This document shows, piece by piece, positions 9,903-20,800 of a stretch of DNA of 64,000 nt. This stretch comes from Chthoniobacterales bacterium. Its GTDB lineage: Bacteria > Verrucomicrobiota > Verrucomicrobiia > Chthoniobacterales > UBA10450. The translations under genes and the position numbers were made by a program. The notes beneath the pieces are model-generated. The model was not told the origin of the DNA and ran no database searches. It worked only from the letters and a program-made list of their open reading frames with translations. The DNA is taken from the NCBI GenBank assembly GCA_035635435.1, contig DASQBB010000013.1, positions 1,286 to 65,285 on the forward strand, given 5' to 3'. How positions within the stretch are numbered: position 1 is the stretch's first letter; each line of letters opens with the position of its first letter.

Positions 9903-10658
9903 ATGCCGTTGAAAGTAGTTTTAATTATTTTGATCGTTTACGCGATCGGGTTCGCAATTTTGCTGGCGCGAAAGGCGCCGCAGCGCAAATCGTCGAAACC
10001 AATTTCGCGCGGCTGGGGCAATCGACTGCGAATCCTGATTATTGGTGCGACCGGACGGACCGGGCGCGAGTTTGTCCGGCAGGCATTGGAACAGGGTCAC
10101 CAAGTTACGGCGCTCGTGCGAAAGCCGAAGAAGATGAAGCTCGAGCACCCGAATTTGCGCGTCGTTAAAGGGAACGTTGCTGACTACGCTTCAATCGAAT
10201 CGGCAATGCGAGGGCAGAGCGCGGTGGTCTGCGCGATCGGGACGAAGCGGTTCTTTTATCCGAACCGTGTCTTATCAAAGGGGACAGCGAACATTCTTCG
10301 CGCGATGAAAAGTTGCAATGTGCCGCGCCTGGTTTGCGAAAGTTCGCTCGGCGTCGGCAACAGTGTTGGCCAGCTCGGGCTGATTTACACGTTCTTTGTC
10401 GTGCCGGTGATTTTACCGTTTATTTTTTACGACAAAGTCCGCCAGGAAAAATTAATTGAAGAGAGCGACGCCGACTGGGTGATCGTGCGCCCGGCCGTTC
10501 TCACGAATGCGCCAGCGCGCGGGAAGTATCGGCACGGCCGCAAGATTGGAAATTACATTTGGACCAATCGAATTGCACGCGCGGACGTCGCCGATTTCAT
10601 GCTCAAGCAATTGACGGATGACGATTATATCGGCTCGGCCGTCGGTGTTGCCTGGTAG
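9903..10658 (+). CDS. NAD(P)H-binding (NmrA/atypical SDR-like) protein with an N-terminal TM helix
   Basis: ILIIGATGRTGREFVRQALEQGHQVTALVR Rossmann motif. Confidence 0.7.
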   Translation: MPLKVVLIILIVYAIGFAILLARKAPQRKSSKPISRGWGNRLRILIIGATGRTGREFVRQALEQGHQVTALVRKPKKMKLEHPNLRVVKGNVADYASIESAMRGQSAVVCAIGTKRFFYPNRVLSKGTANILRAMKSCNVPRLVCESSLGVGNSVGQLGLIYTFFVVPVILPFIFYDKVRQEKLIEESDADWVIVRPAVLTNAPARGKYRHGRKIGNYIWTNRIARADVADFMLKQLTDDDYIGSAVGVAW

Positions 10659-10667
10659 AAGCGCCGG

Positions 10668-11008
10668 CTATTGCCGCGTCGACGGTGCTTCGTGATAAGG
10701 CGAGCCGGATTGATAAAGGGCGATCTTATTTCGCAGCGATTCGGCGAGAGATGTGATGCCGTTGGCATCGGCGATTTGAAGCGCGTCTTTCGCAGCGGCG
10801 ACAGCTTTGTCGAATTCACGGTTTTCCGCGTAGGCAGCGGCAAGTGTGTGAAGCAGAACCGGATCGTTTCCATCGGTCGCTAGAACGGCCTGTTCTGCGA
10901 GTTCCACGCCGGCAGATAAGCGAGGGCGGTGGCAACGATTAGCGCGAGACTAAGGAGCCAGATCCGTTGCGAATTTTTAGCTGCGCTTCTTGCGTCCGAC
11001 TTCGCCAT
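10668..11008 (-). pseudogene. Remnant of a membrane-anchored TPR protein (N-terminal stub plus frame-shifted C-terminal TPR fragment)
   Basis: The ATG at 11008 directly follows the kinase stop. It gives MAKSDARSAAKNSQRIWLLSLALIVATALAYLPAWNSQNRPF*. A different frame from the GTG at 10907 gives a 79-aa TPR-like tail (LHTLAAAYAENREFDKAVAAAKDAL). Confidence 0.35.
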
Positions 11009-12253
11009 TCAATTCGCGCTCGAGGTCGATTTCGAATCTCCTGCTTCCAGCATACGAACGCGTCGGTCGATGTAGGGCAGACGAATCGTCAGCGTGAGTC
11101 CTTTACCTTCACTGCTTTCAATCGACATTTCGCCGCCGTGTTCGCGCACAATCCGGCGAACGATCAAGAGGCCGAGTCCAGTGCCACTTGTCTTGGTGGT
11201 AAAATAGGGCTCGAAGACGCGGCTGAGATTCTCCGCCGAAATTCCGCCACCCGTATCCGTGAAGCGCACGATCACGTGTGATTCGTCCATATCGGTGCGA
11301 ATTCGCAAGATTCCGCGGGACTTCATCGCTTCGAAACTGTTTTTGATCACGTTGTAAAACGCTTGCTTCATCTGGTCGCGGTCGAGCTCGAGCAGCGGCA
11401 GATCGGAGCGCAGTTCCTGCTCGACGACGATGTCGCGGTCTTTGATTTCCGGCGCAAAAAAACGGACCGCTTCTTCGACAATGGCATTGATGTTTTCCGG
11501 GCGCAGCTGCGGACGGGTTGGACGAATCGCACGCAGGAATTGACTGATAATGGAATCGAGCCGGTTCACTTCCGCACGCGCTACTTCGACCGATTCCTGA
11601 AGTTCGGCGCGTTTTGAGCCGTCGAGGTTGCGCGCTTCGCGTTCAATCAGCTGTAAATGAATGTTCAGGGAATTGAGTGGGTTGCCGATTTCATGAGCGA
11701 CGCCGGCGGCGAGCAGAGTCAGCGCGTTCAAGCGCTCCGACTCGATTGTTTGCTGTTCGCTGCGCCGACTTTCAGTGATGTCACGAAGAATGATCGCGTG
11801 TCCGACCTTTTCGCCCGAGGTGTCGATTTTTCGATTGCCAGTCGCGCCGGAGCTTTGCGAAGGCGGATCGATCTTATCGTCAGTCGGCTGACGTTCGATT
11901 ACGAGAGGGACGCTGTAGAAATTGATGAAGCGGTTAGACGGATAAAAGATTTCCATGTCGCGGCTGACCGCGCCTTCCTGTGACAGAGCGTTCCAATCCA
12001 AGCCGCGAACCCGCTCGTCCAAGCGTTTACCGAGCGAATCTTCCGCTTCCAATCCAAACAATTGGCAGGCGGCGTTGTTCAAGTAAGTGATTTGGCCTTT
12101 CGCGTCGGTGACGATGATTCCTTCCTGGATGGAATTGAAGACCGTTTCGAGAAAGCCTTTCTCTTGCGCCAGACGCAGAAAATAATTCTGCACCTCCTCC
12201 GGCCCGATCTTGCCGAGGCGCCCGATCAGTTTTTCAACGAACCCGGCTTTCAT
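11009..12253 (-). CDS. PAS-domain sensor histidine kinase
   Basis: PAS region (SIQEGIIVTDAKGQITYLN), H-box AAGVAHEIGNPLNSL, and HATPase N/G boxes (FTDTGGGI, TSGTGLGL). Confidence 0.9.
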   Translation of the reverse strand: MKAGFVEKLIGRLGKIGPEEVQNYFLRLAQEKGFLETVFNSIQEGIIVTDAKGQITYLNNAACQLFGLEAEDSLGKRLDERVRGLDWNALSQEGAVSRDMEIFYPSNRFINFYSVPLVIERQPTDDKIDPPSQSSGATGNRKIDTSGEKVGHAIILRDITESRRSEQQTIESERLNALTLLAAGVAHEIGNPLNSLNIHLQLIEREARNLDGSKRAELQESVEVARAEVNRLDSIISQFLRAIRPTRPQLRPENINAIVEEAVRFFAPEIKDRDIVVEQELRSDLPLLELDRDQMKQAFYNVIKNSFEAMKSRGILRIRTDMDESHVIVRFTDTGGGISAENLSRVFEPYFTTKTSGTGLGLLIVRRIVREHGGEMSIESSEGKGLTLTIRLPYIDRRVRMLEAGDSKSTSSAN

Positions 12254-13230
12254 GAGCTGGTTGTAGCCTCAATCTTCGACATTTCGACGCGCAGATAATT
12301 CAAGACCACCGGTGCCAGCACCATTCCAGGAATGCCCATCAAACGTTCCCCGATGACGAGCGCGATTAGTGTCAACCAGATCGGATTACGAATACGATCG
12401 CCGATAATTTTGCTGTTAAGGAAATATTCCAGTTTGTGAATCGCGATCAGGAAAATGAGCGCAACGAGCGCGGTCTTCAACGAAACCGTGAAGGCAACGC
12501 AGACAATGATCGTGTTACTGACGAGATTTCCGACGATTGGGAGCAGGCCGCAAAGAAATGTTACTCCGATGAGCAGGGGCGCGTCTGGCAGCTGAACGGT
12601 CAGCACAAAAATGGCGGTCAGGAACGTGTTGATGAGGGATATGGTAATCTGTGCGCCCATTACTGTGGCGAAGCTTTGGTAGAAATCGCGGAAACGCGCA
12701 GAGAGTTCGCCGCCAAGAACTGAATAGAGATTGTTTCGGGAAGCCGGAACTCTTCGAGAAATATCCAGTTGGCTGTTAATGAACAAACTGACCGCCGCCA
12801 CAATTCCGATCGCGACAAATATTAAGACCGTGGTGGCGCTTCTGGCGAAGCTCGCGACGTCTTTTAGATAGTTCGTTTCTTCCTTGAAGGCGTCGATGAC
12901 GAATGCCTTCAGGCTATCGAAATCGGTAAAAGGCAACTCGATCTGCCGCGCTTGGGCCCAGGCGCTGGCTGACGGAAGAGAGCTATCGGCAACTTCTGGT
13001 AATTCGCGGATCGCGGCCCGAGTAAAGTATGCGGCGCCGCAAGCGATCCCGCCGACAACCAGGACAAACAAAATGAATGCGACCCACTTGTTTTTTGTGA
13101 CTGCGAGCAATTTGCACAACGCAAAATAGGAAAACAGAACCGCCAGCAGTGGCGCGCCGAGTCGTAACCAACCCGCCAGTACCAGCGTGGACACGAGCAC
13201 GGCGTAGGAGATTCGTCTCGGCGTTAACAT
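12250..13230 (-). CDS. AI-2E (PerM/UPF0118) family transporter
   Basis: Multi-TM protein with the C-terminal IGERLMGIPGMVLAPV signature region. It overlaps the kinase start by 4 nt. Confidence 0.8.
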   Translation of the reverse strand: MLTPRRISYAVLVSTLVLAGWLRLGAPLLAVLFSYFALCKLLAVTKNKWVAFILFVLVVGGIACGAAYFTRAAIRELPEVADSSLPSASAWAQARQIELPFTDFDSLKAFVIDAFKEETNYLKDVASFARSATTVLIFVAIGIVAAVSLFINSQLDISRRVPASRNNLYSVLGGELSARFRDFYQSFATVMGAQITISLINTFLTAIFVLTVQLPDAPLLIGVTFLCGLLPIVGNLVSNTIIVCVAFTVSLKTALVALIFLIAIHKLEYFLNSKIIGDRIRNPIWLTLIALVIGERLMGIPGMVLAPVVLNYLRVEMSKIEATTSS

Positions 13231-13314
13231 GGTCGGCCTCCGTCAGCTGTCCTCAATACAGCTTTCACGACGAAGTGAAATTCTTCACTTCAGCGGGAAA
13301 TAACAACAAAAGAA

Positions 13315-15474
13315 TCAGCGCTTCGCCGGTTCGTAATCCTCGGGCGCTTGCTGTCCGGTTTCTTTTTCGGCCCGTTCTTTCAACGCGGCTTTACGGGAAA
13401 GTTTTACCCGGCCCTTGTCGTCGATCCCAATGCATTTGACCCAGATCATGTCGCCAATTTTAACGACGTCTTCGGTCCGTTTCACTCGGAAATCGGCCAA
13501 CTCAGAAATGTGCACCAGACCGTCCTTGCCCGGCAACACTTCCACGAATGCGCCGAACTCTTTGGTGGAAACGACGCGACCCTGATAAGTCTCACCAATC
13601 TCGATCTCCTTCGCCATCCCGCCGATGATTTCCTTGGCACGCGCCATCGATTCGCCGCTGGTGGCGTAAATGTGGACTGAGCCGTCGTCTTCAATATTAA
13701 TCTCTGCGCCGGTCTCGGCCACGATCCCCTTGATCGTTTTGCCGCCCGGTCCGATGAGCGCGCCGATCTTCTCGGGATTAATTTTAATCGTCTCGATTCG
13801 CGGCGCGTACTTGGAAAGTTCGGCCCGCGGTTTGTCGAGCGAACCGCGCATGGTCTGAAGAATCTTGGTGCGGGCTTCTTTGGCGCGAGTGATCGCCTCA
13901 GCCATGATTTTGTGGCTGACGCCTGGGAGTTTCAGATCGAGCTGGAATCCGGTCACGCCATTATCCGTGCCGCAAAGTTTGAAATCCATGTCTCCGAAAT
14001 GATCTTCCGAACCGATAATGTCAGTCAGCAGTTCGTACCGTTTCAATTGTCGATCTTCGCCGTGCTCGGTCACGAGTCCGACCGAAATTCCGGCGACCAT
14101 TCCCTTAACCGGCACACCCGCGTCCATCAGCGCGAGCATTCCGCCGCACACGCTCGCCATTGAAGTCGAGCCGTTGGATTCCATAATCTCACTCGAAATT
14201 CGAATCGCGTATCGAAAATCATTTTCGCCGGGCACAACCGGTTCGATCGAACGCTCCGCCAAAGCGCCATGCCCGATCTCGCGGCGTCCGGGCCCGCCCG
14301 TCCGGCCGGTTTCGCCCACGCTGAACGGCGGAAAATTGTAATGCAGAATGAAGCGCTTCGAAGTTACTCCGCCACCGTAGGCGTCGATGTTTTGCGCTTC
14401 TTCAATTGGCGCGAGCGTAACGAGCGCGAGCGCCTGGGTTTCGCCGCGCTGAAAAATTGCCGAGCCGTGTGCTCGCGGAATCACTCCGACTTCGCAAGTG
14501 ATTTGCCGCAAATCCTGATAACCGCGGCCATCCATACGTTTCTGTTTTTCCAGAATGCTTTTGCGAAACGCTTTCTTCTGGACGTGGTCGAATGCCTGCG
14601 AAATTGAGAACGCATCGGTCTCGGGATATTTTTCCAAGATCGACATCTTCACTTCTTCACGCAGCGCTTCGACGGCCTTGGCGCGGGCGACTTTGCCCGG
14701 CGTGTAAAGCGCGGATTCAATTCGGTCGCCGGCCACTTGATAAGCGATTTCGAGTAACTCTGGTTTGACGTTGAGCAACGGCATCTCGCGTTTTGGTTTC
14801 GCGATCTGCGACGCGAGCTCTTTTTGAATCCGAATCATCTCGCGCGTCTGCTCATGCGCGAACTCGAGCGCTTTCGCGAAATCGGCTTCCGGGATTTCGT
14901 CGGCCGCGCCTTCAATCATGATCACGTCGTTTTCAGTGCCGACGTAAACCAGGTCGAGATCGCTTTGTTGCCGCTCGGTGTGAGTTGGGTTCGCGACGAA
15001 CTGTCCGTTAACCCGGCCGACGCGCACCGCGCCAATCGGACCGGCGAATGGAACGTCCGAAACAGACAGCGCCGCCGAGGCGCCGTTGATCGCGAGAATG
15101 TCCGGATCGTTCTCGCCGTCGGCGCTGAGCAAGATCGAGATGATCTGCGTGTCGTAAAAGTAACCTTGCGGGAAGAGCGGCCGCAGCGGCCGATCGATCA
15201 TCCGCGAAGTAAGCGTTTCCTTTTCGGTCGGGCGACCTTCGCGTTTGAAGTAACCGCCGGGAAATTTTCCGGCAGCGGCTGCTTTTTCACGGTAATCGAC
15301 CGTGAGCGGGAAATAATCCTGACCTTCCTTGATCGCGGTGGCGGAGACTGCGCTCACTAACACCATCGTGTCGCCGCACGAAACGATGACTGCGCCGTCA
15401 GCGAGCTTGGCGATTTTGCCGGTTTCTATCGATATCTGATTAGACCCAATTTGGGCTGTGACCTTCTGTTGCAT
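13315..15474 (-). CDS. pnp: Polyribonucleotide nucleotidyltransferase (PNPase)
   Basis: Two RNase PH domains, a KH domain ([15 protein letters not shown]) and an S1 domain ([15 protein letters not shown]). Confidence 0.97.
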   Translation of the reverse strand: MQQKVTAQIGSNQISIETGKIAKLADGAVIVSCGDTMVLVSAVSATAIKEGQDYFPLTVDYREKAAAAGKFPGGYFKREGRPTEKETLTSRMIDRPLRPLFPQGYFYDTQIISILLSADGENDPDILAINGASAALSVSDVPFAGPIGAVRVGRVNGQFVANPTHTERQQSDLDLVYVGTENDVIMIEGAADEIPEADFAKALEFAHEQTREMIRIQKELASQIAKPKREMPLLNVKPELLEIAYQVAGDRIESALYTPGKVARAKAVEALREEVKMSILEKYPETDAFSISQAFDHVQKKAFRKSILEKQKRMDGRGYQDLRQITCEVGVIPRAHGSAIFQRGETQALALVTLAPIEEAQNIDAYGGGVTSKRFILHYNFPPFSVGETGRTGGPGRREIGHGALAERSIEPVVPGENDFRYAIRISSEIMESNGSTSMASVCGGMLALMDAGVPVKGMVAGISVGLVTEHGEDRQLKRYELLTDIIGSEDHFGDMDFKLCGTDNGVTGFQLDLKLPGVSHKIMAEAITRAKEARTKILQTMRGSLDKPRAELSKYAPRIETIKINPEKIGALIGPGGKTIKGIVAETGAEINIEDDGSVHIYATSGESMARAKEIIGGMAKEIEIGETYQGRVVSTKEFGAFVEVLPGKDGLVHISELADFRVKRTEDVVKIGDMIWVKCIGIDDKGRVKLSRKAALKERAEKETGQQAPEDYEPAKR

Positions 15475-15520
15475 TGTAATTTTCCTGGATGTGCGAGTTC
15501 CAAGTCGGTCACCCTGACTG

Positions 15521-15561
15521 TAGGTTTTAACTCCGAAATTTCCGGACGGACCTAAAACCTA
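15521..15561 (-). promoter_or_regulatory. Bipartite hairpin in the rpsO-pnp spacer (candidate pnp leader structure)
   Basis: taggtttta (15521-15529) pairs with taaaaccta (15553-15561), with an inner tccg/cgga stem. By analogy with the RNase III-processed pnp leader of E. coli. Confidence 0.3.
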
Positions 15562-15657
15562 AATTCAAGGTGCCTGGCGACCTGGTTGTCGCGTTGTTAA
15601 TTTTCGAATCGGCGTCGCACTGAAACGCGGACGCTAAGATCGACATCCGGCCCGCGG

Positions 15658-15921
15658 TTATTTCCGCAGGTTTAGTTTGTCGATTAACTTCTTGTAGCGT
15701 TCGGCTTGGGACCGGCTCAAATAATCGAGCAAACTCCGGCGCTGGGCCACCATTTTAAGGAGACCGCGGCGCGAAGAATGGTCCTTGGCGTGGCTTTTCA
15801 AGTGTTCGGTCAGTTCCCCGATCCGGCGCGTCAACAGCGCGACTTGAACGTCTGCGCTGCCGGTGTCCTTCCCGTGCAACTGGAACTGCTTGATATCCAA
15901 CGTTTCCGTGTTCTCAGCCAT
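15658..15921 (-). CDS. rpsO: 30S ribosomal protein S15
   Basis: [42 protein letters not shown]. Confidence 0.95.
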   Translation of the reverse strand: MAENTETLDIKQFQLHGKDTGSADVQVALLTRRIGELTEHLKSHAKDHSSRRGLLKMVAQRRSLLDYLSRSQAERYKKLIDKLNLRK

Positions 15922-15979
15922 TTCGAAGCGCCTATTGTAGACTAAGACCGCGGAATCGCAAGGTCGCGACTTGAGCGTT

Positions 15980-16240
15980 TCAATGCATCATGGCCGCGCC
16001 CCATTTGCTCCAGACCCAGAGCAAAATAAGTGCGCCGATGATCGACATGATAAAGCCAGCCGGATGAAACGCGGAGCCAGGGGCCGGCTTGGAAAATATC
16101 CGCCCGATCAAACCGCCAACAATGGATCCGCCGATGCCTAGAAGCGCCGTCAGCAAGAAGCCCATTTGGAACCCCATGAAAGACTTGGCAATCCAACCGA
16201 CAATGAAACCGATAATGATCGACCAAATGATGTGTAACAT
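15980..16240 (-). CDS. GlsB/YeaQ/YmgE family stress-response membrane protein
   Basis: [14 protein letters not shown]...[13 protein letters not shown]. Small Gly-rich three-TM protein. Confidence 0.8.
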   Translation of the reverse strand: MLHIIWSIIIGFIVGWIAKSFMGFQMGFLLTALLGIGGSIVGGLIGRIFSKPAPGSAFHPAGFIMSIIGALILLWVWSKWGAAMMH

Positions 16241-16335
16241 GAGGGTAATGCTAAACGCCTGGATGGCTTAAAGGCGATCCTTTTCTCACCGCTAAAATCG
16301 ATGCGCCTTTGCTGAAGCTACGGCGCGGCAAGCAT

Positions 16336-16677
16336 CTATTTGCGCCGGCGGTTCGCTTCGTCGATCGCGAGATATTCGTCGCGCGGCGGGCTGAACGTGT
16401 CGAGGACGCGGGTTTCGTCGATGGTCTCGACGCCGTGGGGAACGTTGCTCGCGAGATAGTATGAATCGCCGGTCTTCATTTCGTGTGGCGTTCCATCGAC
16501 AATCAATTTCATTCGTCCGGACAAAACGTGGACGATCTGCTCCTGCGGGTGCTGATGCGCCGGCATCTTGCTCCCGGGCTCGAGCGTCGCCAGCATCTGA
16601 TACATTGTTTTTCCGCTCGTCACCGTCTGGCGTTTGATGCCGGGACAAATTGCGATCCAGGGATTTTCGTTTTTCAT
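16336..16677 (-). CDS. Cupin-domain protein
   Basis: PAHQHPQEQIVHVLSG...GDSYYLASNVPHG two-motif cupin signature. Confidence 0.8.
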   Translation of the reverse strand: MKNENPWIAICPGIKRQTVTSGKTMYQMLATLEPGSKMPAHQHPQEQIVHVLSGRMKLIVDGTPHEMKTGDSYYLASNVPHGVETIDETRVLDTFSPPRDEYLAIDEANRRRK

Positions 16678-16679
16678 AA

Positions 16680-17123
16680 TCAGGCCTCGGGTTCGATCTT
16701 AATCCGAAAGTGGTAGGAGGAAATGCTCATCCGTCTGGAAAAATAGAAACGATGGGCGTCGAAACGCTGCACTCCGGAATCGAGCTCGAGATTTTCGCAG
16801 CCATGTTCGCGCGCCTGTTGGATTAACCAATCCAATAACTCACCGCCAAATCCACCAGAGCGGTCGCTCTCGCGCGTGACCAGATCGTCCACGTAAAGAA
16901 ATTTTCCAGAGAAGAGCGATTCAAGAAAGCGATAACCGGCGACGGCGCGCACGTCGCCGTCGGACTCGACGAACGCGAGCAAATACCCTTGTTGCTGCTG
17001 ACGCTGAACGCGCTCGATAAATTGTTCCGGGTTTTGAAACAGCGGTCGGAGTTCCCGCATAACCGGATGACAGCGCAAGATGTCTTTAGTCGTGGTTGCG
17101 ACTGCGGTGCGCGATTTTGTCAT
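16680..17123 (-). CDS. GNAT family N-acetyltransferase
   Basis: YVDDLVTRESDRSGGFGGELLDWLIQQAREHGC is acetyl-CoA motif A. The ATG at 17123 makes an ATGA overlap with the GT2 stop. Confidence 0.75.
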   Translation of the reverse strand: MTKSRTAVATTTKDILRCHPVMRELRPLFQNPEQFIERVQRQQQQGYLLAFVESDGDVRAVAGYRFLESLFSGKFLYVDDLVTRESDRSGGFGGELLDWLIQQAREHGCENLELDSGVQRFDAHRFYFSRRMSISSYHFRIKIEPEA

Positions 17124-17833
17124 GGGATGGATGTCGATCTTTGCTCGCGTTTGCCATCGTACCAGATGTGCAACCCGTCGCGCGAACGCGCTGCGCGGGG
17201 GCCGCACAGAATTACTCGAAAGGAATTTCCCAGGATTTCGCGCGCGGAATACATGCGGAGTTTGCGACCTGAAGTAACGATTGGTTCCGGCAGAATCGTA
17301 AATCGGCCGAGCTTTCGCAGCGCCAGGCTGAAGTAAATTTCTTCGCCGACAAAAAGAGTTTCGTCGAAGCCGCCGACGGCATCGAAGTTTTTGCGCGTCG
17401 TGAAAAGGAACGCGCCGGCGCCAAAGTTAAGTCCGAAATAAAGGACAGAGAAAGCTTTGATGAAGATGCGTGACCAGAGTGGAATCGTTCCGCCGATTAC
17501 GATGCGCGCACTACCGCCCGCGCAACCTTGCTCCAGCGCCGCGATTGCACCGGCCACATGCTTCTGACTGATGTGGGTGTCGGCATCGACAAAGAGCAAG
17601 GCATCGCCCTGCGACGCGCGCGCGCCGGCGTTACGTGCAGCTGCGATCTGTCGCCTATTAATCGAAATGACTTTCGCACCGGCGTCGCGCGCGACCTGAA
17701 CAGTCATGTCAGTGGAAGCATCGTCGACTACGACGATTTCATATGGCCGATCTCGAGCAGCTTCGCGAATCGCGGCGATGGTGGACGAGAGTTCCAGCTC
17801 CTCGTTGTAAGCCGGCACGATAAACGAGAGCAC
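17120..17833 (-). CDS. Family 2 glycosyltransferase
   Basis: SFIVPAYNEE...VVVDDASTD...LLFVDADT motifs. Confidence 0.85.
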   Translation of the reverse strand: MLSFIVPAYNEELELSSTIAAIREAARDRPYEIVVVDDASTDMTVQVARDAGAKVISINRRQIAAARNAGARASQGDALLFVDADTHISQKHVAGAIAALEQGCAGGSARIVIGGTIPLWSRIFIKAFSVLYFGLNFGAGAFLFTTRKNFDAVGGFDETLFVGEEIYFSLALRKLGRFTILPEPIVTSGRKLRMYSAREILGNSFRVILCGPRAARSRDGLHIWYDGKREQRSTSIP

Positions 17834-17869
17834 GTCCTTCTGTAGCGGCGCGACTTCTCTCCCGCAACT

Positions 17870-20800
17870 TTAGTGAATGGTAATGTCGCCGGTTACTGGA
17901 TTGCCGCTGGCGGAGTAACCGTTGCTAAGATGGATCGAGAAGAAATCGTTAGTCCCCGGGTAACCGTTGTCGATCACGTCTACGGTGAAGCTCACGTTTG
18001 CTCCGTTAGCCTTGCCCTTGCCCGCGATGTGCGCCTGGTTCCCGTTGAAGGTAAGCGTGGTGATTTTGGTGGAATGGAATGAAAGCGGTGTTGCGGGATC
18101 ATCGAACATCACGTTACCGATGATCTTGGTCTTTTTCTTGAATTTCTGCAGTGCCACGCCGAGATCGAAGCTCGCCTGATTCTCGTGCGGTCCCACGATC
18201 GTACCGTGTCCATCCACATCTGTAGGTGAAGTTGCCGGAGTCGGAGTAGGTGTCGGTGTCGGGGGAGGCGTCGGAGTCGGTGTAGGAAAAGGAGTAGGAG
18301 TAGGTGTCGGCGTGGGCGTTGGGGTTGGAGTGGGTGTCGGTGTTGGAGTGGGTGTCGGTGTCGGCGTAGGAGTAGGAGTAGGAGTAGGTGTCGGGGTAGG
18401 TGTGGGCGTAGGTTGCGGCTTGCACTTCCCCGCGCCGCCCGCGTTGTAGATCGCCTTGACTTCGTCAGCACTTAGGGCGCGATTGAAGATTTCCACTTCG
18501 TCGATCAGGCCATTCCAGAAATCGGACTGTGCGCTCAACGCGCCCAAATAGTTATTGCTCGCGCCGGACAGATCGAGCGCTTCAGAGTCGCTCGCAGTGC
18601 CGGTCACTGCGCCATCGATATACAGTGTCCATGTCGATTGGGATCTCGTTAAGGCAAAGTGGTGCCACTGGTCATTCGTGTAATCGCCGAGAGACCCAAC
18701 CTGAATAGCATTGTTTCCGTTGCTGCCTCCGTTGCTGTTCCAGTAAACCCACAGACCAAAAGTGTCGTTGAAATCGAAGTCGAGGTTCCTGACTCCACCG
18801 GCCGGCGCGAAGTCGAGCGCGTACATCCGGCTCGTGCCGGTGGCGCGCGCCCAGAAATCGAATGTGAACTCGCCGGTGCCGAAGTTCCAGTCGGTGCTGT
18901 CCGGGATCGAAACGCTATCACCGTCGCCGTTGAAGCTAAATGCATCCCTTACCTCGCCCGGACCGAAACCTGCGCCGTTCAATGTGGCGTCATGACCGCC
19001 TTGGATGTCGGTCGTGTTATCATCGGCCGGCCACCAGGCAATCATATTATTCGGTGGCGAGACGCAGGGGCACTTACCCTTGCTTCCGGCGTCAAATATC
19101 TTTTGAATTTCAGCCTGACTGAGCGCGCGATCGAAGATTTCTGCTTCGTCGATCAAACCGTTCATCATATGGGTCGTGCCGACGTCGCGACCAATCAAGA
19201 GATCCGCCGTTCCGGAGAAAACAGAGGTCACGCTAGAAGTCTTGGACGCGACTTGTGCGCCGTTCACGTAGATCTTCCAATCCCCAGCATTGAATGTCGT
19301 GGCTACATGGTACCATGAACCGGTGGTGACGACTCCTGCTCCAGAGATCAGAGAGTCGAGGCTACTGCCATCGCCGCTAACATTGGAGCGAACGCTTCCG
19401 TCAGGCTGCAGATGTAACTCATAGCTACCATTTCCACTGTTAAACTTGCTAAAGAGCATCGGGAAATCGCTCAGGTCGGTTGTATTGACCCATGCATCCA
19501 ATGTGAACTTCGTGGTGACATCGAGATTGTCAGCATCCGGCACAAGAACCCCGCCATTGCCATCGAAACTAAAAGCTTGACCTACTTTGCCTGGAGAAAA
19601 GGTGACCCCGGTTTGCAGTGTGCCGTTGTTGCCGTCCTCGACGTCCATTGCGTTACCCTCAGCTGGCCACCAGCTAATCATCCCGCCGGGCGCGGGCGTG
19701 CAGGTTCGACATTTACCTGCGCTGCCTGCGCTGTAGATCGCCGCGACTTCCGAATTGCTAAGTGCGCGAGAGAAAACTTCGACTTCGTCGATCAGACCGC
19801 CGAACGGATCGCTTACTCCATCGCCTGCCATACCTATCTTGGCCGACAAGTCGTTCTCTTCAGGTGTTCCGCCGTTGTCAGCGAAGACTGACGCAGGCGC
19901 GTTAACTCCGTTGATATAGAACAGCATTTTTGGACCCTCCACCGCATTACCGTCGTAGGTCACGGCAACGTGCTGGAAGCTACCAGTCGTAACAGCGCTA
20001 TTCGTTTCGTATATTGTGAAAGCGCCATTAGTGTTGCGTACCGATGCAATCAGGTTGCCATCAGTGTTAATCTCCAAGAAGTAGCTGCGCGCGGTGTTTC
20101 CGTCGTCTTTGGAAATGATGGAGTGAGTGATCGAGAGGTTCGTGGGGTTGATCCAGGCATCGATCGTAAAAGTGACTGGAAGATCGACATCTCCAACATC
20201 GACATATTGATTGCTGCCATTAAGAGTAAATGCTTGTCGTACTTCGCCGGCGGCGAAGCCGGCGCCGTTTTCCAACGTCCCGTCGTTACCGTCCTTCGAA
20301 TCAACGGCATCGCCTTCGGCGCGCCACCAACTCACCATCCCGTCCGGCGCGGGTGTGCACGGGCATTTGCCTAAGCTGCCCGCGTTGAAAATCCGGGCGA
20401 CTTCAGTGTCGCTCAGCGCGCGATCGAACAGTTCTACTTCGTCAACGAGTCCTTTGAAATTACGGGTGTGAGTGGAATCGAACGCCCCGATAACAAAGGG
20501 CGCGGAAGTCGGCGTCAGATTTCCTGAAGAGGGACTGCCGGATGCAACCACGACTCCGTTGACGTAAAGCTTAGTGGTAGAAGTTTCAGCATTGCCATCG
20601 TAGACGACCGCAACGTGTGTCCACGTGTTAGTGGGCGGGGTAAAGTTCGCTTGGACGGCGCCGGTATTTGCTCGTCCAACCAGTACGCCCGGGTCGCCCG
20701 GTTCCCATTCGATTGCATAGCGCACAGTTCCATCGCCCGATTTACCAAAGAACCACGACTCGGTGGTGAGATCCGCGCTCGGATTGATCCACGCGTCAAT

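Noticed and set aside
13272-13291. The hairpin gaagtgaa-attc-ttcacttc between pnp and the AI-2E transporter gene, considered as a terminator.
   Set aside because: It is a clean 8-bp stem, but no U-run follows on the transcribed (minus) strand. I note it but do not call it a rho-independent terminator.
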